DNA of 64,000 nucleotides from Escherichia coli (GTDB lineage Bacteria; Pseudomonadota; Gammaproteobacteria; Enterobacterales; Enterobacteriaceae): NCBI RefSeq assembly GCF_024223415.1, contig NZ_CP100500.1; one strand, 5' to 3'. Shown piece by piece: positions 56,604 to 64,000 of this stretch (position 1 is its first letter; each line of letters starts with the position of its first letter). The notes under the pieces were generated by a model. It saw only the letters and a program-made list of their open reading frames with translations, ran no database searches and was not told where the DNA came from. The position numbers and the translations under genes were made by a program.

Positions 56604-57188
56604 TTACTCCCTGACAGGGTTCGTAGGCCACTCAATATCAGGTGCAGTTGATGTATCAACACGGTTCAGCAACACCCGATACTTTTTCCAGGCTTCCAGC
56701 AATGAGGTTTCTTCCTCCGTTGCGATTTCCAGATCTACAGCATCCTGAAGTGGCGCAATATGCTCACTGGCTACCTGCATCAGGCTGTTTTTTGTTTCTT
56801 CCGCCTCCCGGATCCGGAACAGTTTTTCTGCTTCTGCATCTTTCACCCAGGCTGTGCCGTTCCACTTCTGAAACTCCCCTTCCGGCGATAACCAGGTAAC
56901 ATTTTCCGGTAACGGACCGAGTTCAGAAATAAATAACTCGTCCCCTGACGCTACGTCATAAACCGTTTTACCCCGATGGTCTTCAACGAGATGCCACGAT
57001 GCCTCATCACTGTTGAAAACAGCCACAAAGCCAGCAGGAATATCTGGTGGTGCAATATCGGTACTGTTTGCTGGCAGACCTGTATGAGGCGGAATATATG
57101 CGTCACCTTCACCAATAAATTTATTAGTTCCGGCCAGCAGATTATAAATTTTTATGGTCCGTGCTTGTTCACTCATTCTGAATGCCAT
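56604..57188 (-). CDS. phage tail fiber assembly protein (Tfa)
   Basis: 194-aa ORF with typical Tfa sequence; start overlaps the stop of the upstream side tail fiber gene (TAATG). Confidence 0.8.
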   Translation of the reverse strand: MAFRMSEQARTIKIYNLLAGTNKFIGEGDAYIPPHTGLPANSTDIAPPDIPAGFVAVFNSDEASWHLVEDHRGKTVYDVASGDELFISELGPLPENVTWLSPEGEFQKWNGTAWVKDAEAEKLFRIREAEETKNSLMQVASEHIAPLQDAVDLEIATEEETSLLEAWKKYRVLLNRVDTSTAPDIEWPTNPVRE

Positions 57189-59944
57189 TATGCAAGCCTC
57201 ACAATATAGTTAAATGCGATGTTTTTGACGGTGTTTTCCGCGTTACCAGCAGCGTTAACGGTGATGGTGTGTCCATGTGAGCCAATCGCAACGGAGTGCG
57301 TATGAGCACCAATACCGACAGTATGTGCGTGTGCACCTGCAGATGCTGCGGTGCCGGACAGTGAGTGGCTATGATTACCATCTGTACTGGTATTAGCTAA
57401 CGCCCCCGTAGACATACCTACTGAGCCTTGTACACCCCAAGTATTTTGACCTGAGCTTGTATAACCATATTGATAAGTATCTTTAAAAACACTGGGGTTA
57501 AATCGACGGCCATCTCTATGGCTGTGATTACCAGCTGCATTCGTGCTGCCACTTAAACTATGGGTATGCGCACCAGTGTTATTCGTAGATTTAGTGCCGT
57601 AATCAAACGACGATGTGGTTTTCGTCCCCAAATCCGTACTGGATGCGCTGGCGCTGTGGGTGTGCGATTTAATGCCGTCCTGTTCCTGAGACAATACGGC
57701 ACGACCACTGGCGGGCTTGCCCTTAATCGTCCAGCCACGCATATCAGGGATCACGCCTGACGGATAAGCCGCTGCAAGTTTCGGGTATGCAGATTTGTCA
57801 AAAGCCTGCCCCTGCATCAGGGCATAGCCAGACGGAACGGTATCTGATGGCCACGGGATTGGTGCGCCAGGCGGATAAAACTGCTCTGATGGCGTATAGA
57901 GTGAATAAACTGTACCGTCCGTTAACCCTTCCGGCTTATTAGCAGAATATGCTGGTGACGTATGAATCGTCACGCTGGCATTACTGGTATAATCCCATTG
58001 AATATTTACACCAGTCGCATAATTTCCGATTGCAACGTAAATATCGTAAGTATCACCAGATGTATTAACCCAGGCAAAATTTGTAAACCCTGTCAATGTG
58101 CGCTGCCATAAAGCACCAGTAATCCCCTTCGGATTACCATTACCTGCACGTAAAACAAGTTCAGATATACCTGCCTGTTGAGGTGACCCCACGTTAAATC
58201 CAGCGCCACCAATCAACGTAATTGAAACAACAGAACTCGCCTGTGGCATGGTTACCGTTGCTAATTTGAACCAACCAGCACCACCGCTGAATGACATTGT
58301 TGTTGAGTTAAGCGTACCAATATCTTTCGGCGTCAGTGTTATATCCGCTGAAAGCGCCTTACCATTCACCTTACGGGCAGAAGGTACCCGACCATTCGCA
58401 TTGTCATTAGCTGCTTTCACTGCTTTCGGTGTCGCAGCAAGCGTTTCAGATGTGCTGTTGGTTGCACTACTGAGCTGGACAATTCCTTTTTGTGCTGTCG
58501 TAGCGTCCTGTGCGGTGTATTTCCCGTTAGCCAGGTCATACGCGGCCTTAACGGCTTTTGGCGTTGCCGCCTGTGACTCGGAAGTGCTGTTAGTCGCACT
58601 GCTGAGCTGAACTATCCCTTTCTGTCCTGTCGTTGCATCCTGTGCGGTGTATTTCCCGTTAGCCAGGTCATACGCGGCCTTAACGGCTTTTGGCGTTGCC
58701 GCCTGTGACTCGGAAGTGCTGTTGGTCGCACTGCTGAGCTGTACTATCCCCTTTTTCGTCGTGCTCGCATCCTCAAGCGCCACGGCGGATGCAATATCCT
58801 CTGCCCGTTTTGCTGCTGTCTCGGCGCGCGTTGCCGCGGATTCCGCCGTACTTTTGCTCTGTGCTGCCGCTGCCGCACTGCCAGCAGCCTCTGTCGCCTT
58901 CGTGGATGCCGTCGTGGCGCTGCCCCTCGCTGCTGACGCCTGTCTGGTCGCCTCATCTTTTGAAGCAGACGCAGATGATGCCGATGACGCCGCCGAACTG
59001 GCGGACGATGCGGCAGCCGTTTTTGAGGATTCTGCGCTGGTTTCCGACGCTTTCGCGTTCGTTTCGGATGTCTTCGCTGCGGAAGCAGACCTCGCTGCTG
59101 CGCTGGCCTGTTCAGTGGCTTCGCCAGCCTTCGTTGTGGCTGTTGAAGCGGATGATGCGGCGCTTTCTGCCGATTTTCCGGCGGCGGTGGCACTGACTGC
59201 TGCCTCCTCTGCCTTAATGGACGCCTCACGGGCCGATGATGCAGCTGCTGTCTCAGAGTCTGCCGCAGCTGAGGCGCTCTGTTCCGCTGCCGTTTCAGAA
59301 GACTTAGCATTCGTCTCGGACGTTTTCGCCGCAGCGGCACTGGTAGCTGCCGCGCTTTTTGAGGACTCTGCAGCAGCAGCACTTTTCGATGCTTCACTGG
59401 CCTTTGTTGATGCCGTTCCTGCGCTGGAAGATGCTGACTGAGCCGACGACGCGGCCTGTCCGGCTGACGTGCTGGCTGCGCGTGCTGAGCCTGCAGCATC
59501 AGTCGTATGGGTTGCCGCCTCACGGGCTGATGTGCTGGCATCGCTGGCTGACTTCTTCGCGGCTGCCGTGTTCTGTGCCACCGCGGACGCGTTACGCGCC
59601 ACCTCTTCCACCATCAGTTCAAAACGGCGCAGTGCCTCAGGACGGGCATCATCCTCCGTCATGGCACCGAGAAAATCATTCAGCGTACCGGGTCGGGAAT
59701 CTTCATACACGGTGATGGTCCCGGCATGTGACGGCGGGAACCCCTCCACCAACAGAATAACGCTGTACTGCCCGTACTCAACGTCCATGCTGTAACGCCC
59801 GGCTTCATCCGGATTTTCTGAGGCCAGCGTGTTCACCACCACCGTGGTGCTGTTACGTTTTGCTTTCAGCTGGATTGTGCAGTTCTGTACCGGTTTTCCT
59901 GTGCCGTCTTTCAGTACACCTGAAATCTTTACTGCCATATTCAC
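57188..59944 (-). CDS. lambdoid side tail fiber protein (Stf-like)
   Basis: 918-aa ORF; conserved Stf N-terminus, long Ala/Ser/Thr-rich low-complexity segment, tandem 41-aa repeats ([41 protein letters not shown]) and a His-rich C-terminal receptor-binding region. Confidence 0.85.
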   Translation of the reverse strand: MNMAVKISGVLKDGTGKPVQNCTIQLKAKRNSTTVVVNTLASENPDEAGRYSMDVEYGQYSVILLVEGFPPSHAGTITVYEDSRPGTLNDFLGAMTEDDARPEALRRFELMVEEVARNASAVAQNTAAAKKSASDASTSAREAATHTTDAAGSARAASTSAGQAASSAQSASSSAGTASTKASEASKSAAAAESSKSAAATSAAAAKTSETNAKSSETAAEQSASAAADSETAAASSAREASIKAEEAAVSATAAGKSAESAASSASTATTKAGEATEQASAAARSASAAKTSETNAKASETSAESSKTAAASSASSAASSASSASASKDEATRQASAARGSATTASTKATEAAGSAAAAAQSKSTAESAATRAETAAKRAEDIASAVALEDASTTKKGIVQLSSATNSTSESQAATPKAVKAAYDLANGKYTAQDATTGQKGIVQLSSATNSTSESQAATPKAVKAAYDLANGKYTAQDATTAQKGIVQLSSATNSTSETLAATPKAVKAANDNANGRVPSARKVNGKALSADITLTPKDIGTLNSTTMSFSGGAGWFKLATVTMPQASSVVSITLIGGAGFNVGSPQQAGISELVLRAGNGNPKGITGALWQRTLTGFTNFAWVNTSGDTYDIYVAIGNYATGVNIQWDYTSNASVTIHTSPAYSANKPEGLTDGTVYSLYTPSEQFYPPGAPIPWPSDTVPSGYALMQGQAFDKSAYPKLAAAYPSGVIPDMRGWTIKGKPASGRAVLSQEQDGIKSHTHSASASSTDLGTKTTSSFDYGTKSTNNTGAHTHSLSGSTNAAGNHSHRDGRRFNPSVFKDTYQYGYTSSGQNTWGVQGSVGMSTGALANTSTDGNHSHSLSGTAASAGAHAHTVGIGAHTHSVAIGSHGHTITVNAAGNAENTVKNIAFNYIVRLA
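58518..58763. repeat. tandem 123-bp direct repeat (two near-perfect copies, with a degenerate third at about 58399-58517) inside the stf gene
   Basis: TATTTCCCGTTAGCCAGGTCATACGCGGCCTTAACGGCTTTTGGCGTTGCCGCCTGTGACTCGGAAGTGCTGTT... occurs twice back to back. Confidence 0.7.
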
Positions 59945-59954
59945 CCCACAAAAA

Positions 59955-59976
59955 AGCCCGCCTGAACCGGCGGGCT
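59955..59976 (-). terminator. rho-independent terminator downstream of lom
   Basis: AGCCCGCC-TGAACC-GGCGGGCT hairpin followed on the minus strand by a U-run (plus-strand AAAAAA at 59950-59955). Confidence 0.5.
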
Positions 59977-60002
59977 GTCATAACACTGTGTTACCTGGCT
60001 AA

Positions 60003-60602
60003 TCAGAATTTATAACCGACACCCACGATGAAACCGTCAGTGCGCCAGTCACCACTGCCGGAGCCTTCATAAGCAATATCAATGGCCACGGATTCGGTCG
60101 GGTTAAACTGCACGCCAGCCCCCCACGCCAGAGACGTGTTGCTGTGGCGACCGTCATCACTTCCGGTCAGCACATCGTGCTTTTTCCCCTTGTTGTCAGT
60201 TACGCGAAGATAATCCCCGGAGAAAGTCGACACACGGCTGTAAGCTACACCCGCCATCGCATACGCGCTGAACCATTCATTCACGCGCACAGACGGCCCC
60301 GCCATTACGCTGAACCAGCGGTTACGAACGGAATCTTCATGCCAGCGGGTATCGCTGTAACGGGTCAGCTGGCGATTCTTGTCTCCTGCATAGCTGAATG
60401 ACGTCACCAGCCCCAGTGTGTCCGTAAACTCATAACGGTATTTCACGTTAATCCCGTTCAGATCATCACTGCCGGGGACGTTCGTCGAGGCATGAAGATA
60501 CCCCGCGCTCAGCGTGGACTGATGTTCAGACGCCCATGCAGGCGCACCGGATACGGCCAGACAAATGGCTGCGGACAAAATTGCTGCACAAACTTTACGC
60601 AT
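60003..60602 (-). CDS. Lom/Ail/PagC-family outer-membrane protein (phage lom-like)
   Basis: 199-aa ORF with signal peptide and C-terminal ...GVGYKF beta-barrel terminus; located between J and stf as in lambda. Confidence 0.8.
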   Translation of the reverse strand: MRKVCAAILSAAICLAVSGAPAWASEHQSTLSAGYLHASTNVPGSDDLNGINVKYRYEFTDTLGLVTSFSYAGDKNRQLTRYSDTRWHEDSVRNRWFSVMAGPSVRVNEWFSAYAMAGVAYSRVSTFSGDYLRVTDNKGKKHDVLTGSDDGRHSNTSLAWGAGVQFNPTESVAIDIAYEGSGSGDWRTDGFIVGVGYKF

Positions 60603-60632
60603 AATTACCTCTCGCTTTTCTGCAATAAAAAA

Positions 60633-60650
60633 GGCGTCATTCCTGACGCC
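60633..60650 (-). terminator. hairpin terminator between J and lom
   Basis: GGCGTCA-TTCC-TGACGCC flanked by A-run and T-run. Confidence 0.45.
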
Positions 60651-60672
60651 CTTTATTGGGGTTATAAATATT

Positions 60673-63600
60673 TCAACGAATACTGATGCCGGAAGCGGCT
60701 TTTTTGGTCACAATCACCGTACAGTCGGTGATATTGCCTGCCCCCTGATTGCCTTTCTGGAAAATCTTAAACTCCAGAGTGACGCTTCCCCTGCCACTCG
60801 GCATATCAATAACTGCACTGTAACTACCGGGAATGGCCCCTTTAGTTTCTCTGGATGCGATTAATACGCCGTTTTTGCGAACTTCAAAACCATAACCCGT
60901 GTATCGCGTGCCTCCTGGGTTATTTCCGCTCCCCGGATCGTCATACGCTATACCGTTAAAAATAATGGGCGGAATAATAATCTGGCGGTCAAAGTTATGA
61001 TCATCGCTGATGGTGACTGTAACCGTACCGTTTGGTGTTTCCGTGTTACCCCACGTACCGACTTTTTTCGGGAAGGCTTTTGATACAGCTTTAACGAAAT
61101 CTCCTCTGACCTGGGTCGCCTCCAGCATGCCCTTAATCGTACAGTTCTGGTTAATCGTGACATTGTTGAGCGTTCCTGAGTTCGCATTCACACTGCCACT
61201 GATATCCGCATTTTTCGCCGTCAGTCTCCCGTCTGATGTCAGGGAAAATGCCGGAGGATTACCGCCGCTGGTAATGGTGGGGGCCGTCAGGCGTTTCAGG
61301 AACACTTCATTCATGAATATCTGATCGCCCTGACCAACAAACATCGGCTTTGTGTTGCCATTCGCAGGATTAATCATCGCAATCCTGTCTGCTGCCAGCA
61401 GCACCTGACTCTGCATGCCGTCAGGGGTGTTCTCAATACCGGCACCGATACCCGCAATATAAAGGCGTCCGTCCTGCATCTGCTGCAGCTTCACTGCCCA
61501 CATGCTGTTCAGGTTATTATTTGTATCAACCTGAACCTTCTGTATCTGCTGGATCGCTGCACTCTGGTCTTCCAGTTTCTTATTGACGGTCTGTGTTATT
61601 TCATTGCTGACATCCGTTATGGACGTCCTGATTTCAGTCAGGTCAGGCGCAAGCTGACCGTTATCAATCTGCGTCCACAGCTCCTGAGCCAGATGGGTTT
61701 TCCCTATCTCGCCTTTGAAAAAATCCAGGTAACCTTCCGCATCATCGCTCGCCCGACCGACGGCCTCCACGAATGCCGATTTGCCAACGGTGTTCACACT
61801 GCGGATATAAAAGTAATAATCATGGCCCGGTTTGATATTGATACTGGCGGCTATCCAGTACAGCCCCGTGCCAAGGTAGCGGGCTGTGGTTTCAACCTGC
61901 CTGATATCGGTAATCCGCGTTTCCGAGAACCAGAACTCAAACTGTACCGTCGGATCATAAACCGCAAGATGCGGCGTGGCAGTTATCTGAAAATAGCCCG
62001 GCGTCAGCTCAATCCGCGACGGCGCTGCCGGGGCGGCAATCCGGAACGATACCGACGCCGGATCGCCCTGCTGTCCCCGGGCATTTACCGCCCGGACCGT
62101 CAGCGTGTAACGCCCCAGCGCCAGTTGCCTGAAGCGGTAAGTGGTTTCCGTCGTCCGGGCCGTGCTGACCAGCCGCTCACGGCCGTCATCCGCTGCCACG
62201 GTCAGGCGAAGCAGGAAGCTCACGCCCTTCACCACCTTCGGCGTGTCCCAGCGGGCCAGCACCTGATACTCCCCGCTGTCTGCGGTGACTTCTGCGGTCA
62301 GGTGCTGCACCGCTGGCGGCGTGACACCATTTACCGTGCCGCTCTGGTCGCCGTCAAAGTGCGCCCCGTTATCCACGATGGCCTCTTTTTCCGGTACATG
62401 CTGCACGGCGGTGATGGCATACGTGCCGTCGTCGTTCTCACGGATACTCACACAGCGGAACAGGCGCTGGCGCAGCGTCGGCAGCTTCAGCCCCCACACG
62501 CTGTATCCGGCAACGCCGTCAGGAACACGGCTCACTTTCACCTTCACGCCGTCGGTGACGGACTGAACCTCCACGCTGACCGGATTGCCACTTCCGTCAA
62601 CCAGGCTTATCAGCGTGGTACCGGAGGATGGCAGCGTGATTTCACGGTCGAGCGTCAGCGTCCGGGTCTGGCTGTTCACCGCCAGCACACGCCCGCCGGT
62701 GCTGATCCCCGCATAGTCATCATCACAGATTTCAATGACATCGCCCGGTACATGGCGAAGCCCTTCTGCGCCCACGCTGAAGTCCACGGTCTGCGTCTCC
62801 AGCAGCTCCGTTTTAATCAGCCACAGCCCGGCGCGGTGTGCCTGCCCCCGGCTGGTACAGCCAAAGGCATCCATCTTCGTGACGTTACGACCGTAACGGA
62901 CAATGGCCTGCGTATCCTCCACAAGCTCTGTCGCCGTCTCCTGGCCGTTATTCGGGTCAATCCAGTTCACCTCAACGGCATTATGACGGTCCTTCAGGGC
63001 GCTGAAGCTGTAGCGGAACGGCGCGCCATCATCCGGCATCACCACATTACTGCGGTTATAGGTCCACACCTTATCCGATGGCCGGTCCTGCACGAACGTC
63101 AGCGTCTGCCCGTTCCATACCGGCATACAGCGCATCGCCGAGCAGAAATCACTGAGCACATCCCACGCCTTGCGCTGCGTGGTCAGGTACGCATTACAGG
63201 TGATACGCGGTTCCGTGCCACCAAAGCCATCCGGCACCGACTGGTCGCAATTCTGGCCGATGACATACAGCGCCCATTTATCCACATCCGCCGCACCAAG
63301 ACGTTTCCCCATGCCGTAGCGCGGATGGGTCAGCATATCCCACAGACACCAGGCCATGTTGTTGCTGTATGCCGGTTGTAACGTTCCGTCCCAGATACCG
63401 CTGTATTGTCGCGTCTGCGGGTTATAATTCGACGGCACCTGCAGAATACGCCCGCGAAGATGATAATTACGGCTCACCTGCTGGCTGCCGAACTGCTCCG
63501 AATCCACCTGCACACCGACCAGTGCCGTGTTCGGGTAGCACTGTTTCACATCGATGATTTCGGTGTATGACGACCAGAGCGTTTTGTTCTGCAGCTGGTC

Positions 63601-64000
63601 TGTGGTGCTGTCCGGCGTCATCCTGCGCATCCGGATACTGAACGGGCGCGGCGGCAGGTTACCCACCACCACCGGGGCCAGATACTGCGAGGTGGTTTTG
63701 CCCTTAATGGTGATGTCTTTTTCCGTTAACCAGCGACCGTTACGCTGTATCTGAACCAGCAGGCGGACTTCCGACGGATTCCGGTCCCCCTTTGAGGTGG
63801 TTTCCACCAGTGCCTGCACACCGAAGGTCAGGCGCAGACGGTCGATGTTTGCCGACGTGATGGTCCGGGTAATCGGCGTGTCGTACTTCACTTCCGTACC
63901 CAGCACCGTCTCGGAGCCGGAGGATTCAAATCCCTCCGGCGGTGTCTGCTCCTGCTCACCTGCCCGGAAAACCACCGTGACACCGGAGATATTGGTATTC
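60673..64000 (-). CDS. lambda J-like tail tip / host specificity protein (5' end beyond the window)
   Basis: ORF open to the window edge (more than 1100 aa); fibronectin-III-like central region and C-terminal receptor-binding region; gene order J-lom-stf-tfa. Confidence 0.85.
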   Translation of the reverse strand, partial: NTNISGVTVVFRAGEQEQTPPEGFESSGSETVLGTEVKYDTPITRTITSANIDRLRLTFGVQALVETTSKGDRNPSEVRLLVQIQRNGRWLTEKDITIKGKTTSQYLAPVVVGNLPPRPFSIRMRRMTPDSTTDQLQNKTLWSSYTEIIDVKQCYPNTALVGVQVDSEQFGSQQVSRNYHLRGRILQVPSNYNPQTRQYSGIWDGTLQPAYSNNMAWCLWDMLTHPRYGMGKRLGAADVDKWALYVIGQNCDQSVPDGFGGTEPRITCNAYLTTQRKAWDVLSDFCSAMRCMPVWNGQTLTFVQDRPSDKVWTYNRSNVVMPDDGAPFRYSFSALKDRHNAVEVNWIDPNNGQETATELVEDTQAIVRYGRNVTKMDAFGCTSRGQAHRAGLWLIKTELLETQTVDFSVGAEGLRHVPGDVIEICDDDYAGISTGGRVLAVNSQTRTLTLDREITLPSSGTTLISLVDGSGNPVSVEVQSVTDGVKVKVSRVPDGVAGYSVWGLKLPTLRQRLFRCVSIRENDDGTYAITAVQHVPEKEAIVDNGAHFDGDQSGTVNGVTPPAVQHLTAEVTADSGEYQVLARWDTPKVVKGVSFLLRLTVAADDGRERLVSTARTTETTYRFRQLALGRYTLTVRAVNARGQQGDPASVSFRIAAPAAPSRIELTPGYFQITATPHLAVYDPTVQFEFWFSETRITDIRQVETTARYLGTGLYWIAASINIKPGHDYYFYIRSVNTVGKSAFVEAVGRASDDAEGYLDFFKGEIGKTHLAQELWTQIDNGQLAPDLTEIRTSITDVSNEITQTVNKKLEDQSAAIQQIQKVQVDTNNNLNSMWAVKLQQMQDGRLYIAGIGAGIENTPDGMQSQVLLAADRIAMINPANGNTKPMFVGQGDQIFMNEVFLKRLTAPTITSGGNPPAFSLTSDGRLTAKNADISGSVNANSGTLNNVTINQNCTIKGMLEATQVRGDFVKAVSKAFPKKVGTWGNTETPNGTVTVTISDDHNFDRQIIIPPIIFNGIAYDDPGSGNNPGGTRYTGYGFEVRKNGVLIASRETKGAIPGSYSAVIDMPSGRGSVTLEFKIFQKGNQGAGNITDCTVIVTKKAASGISIR

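Noticed and set aside
58647-59541. Several 118-265 aa ORFs on both strands within the stf Ala/Ser-rich region
   Set aside because: Artifacts of the low-complexity GC-rich repeat; translations are poly-Ala/Arg/Pro strings.

Overview
This window reads as an Escherichia coli chromosomal segment, in reverse orientation relative to the K-12 map as I recall it. All calls rest on reading the supplied six-frame translations against remembered protein sequences and motifs; no database search or computation was run. Left to right: (1) the enterobactin synthesis and ferric-enterobactin uptake cluster (entB', entE, entC, fepB, entS, fepDGC, fepE, entF, ybdZ, fes, fepA, entD) with Fur boxes in its three divergent promoters; fepA carries an in-frame TGA at codon 225. 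(2) hokE, ybdK, ybdJ, ybdF, nfsB, ybdG, pheP. (3) the copper/silver efflux locus cusCFBA with cusRS. (4) a roughly 12.8 kb accessory Rhs island between cusS and nfrB, and the most interesting part of the window: vgrG, a DUF1795 (Eag-like) chaperone gene, a 1606-aa prePAAR/PAAR-Rhs effector whose C-terminal tip has a CAE...PCxxC deaminase-like motif pair, a putative immunity gene, an orphan rhs fragment with an AHH-nuclease tip and its own immunity gene, a second rhs fragment, and an H-repeat (ISAs1-family) transposase. No T6SS structural genes are in the window. (5) nfrB, nfrA, ybcH, envY. (6) a partial argU 3' copy (prophage attachment remnant) followed by ompT, appY and a lambdoid tail region (tfaX remnant, ybcY, tfa, side tail fiber, lom, partial J) that is more complete than the K-12 DLP12 remnant.
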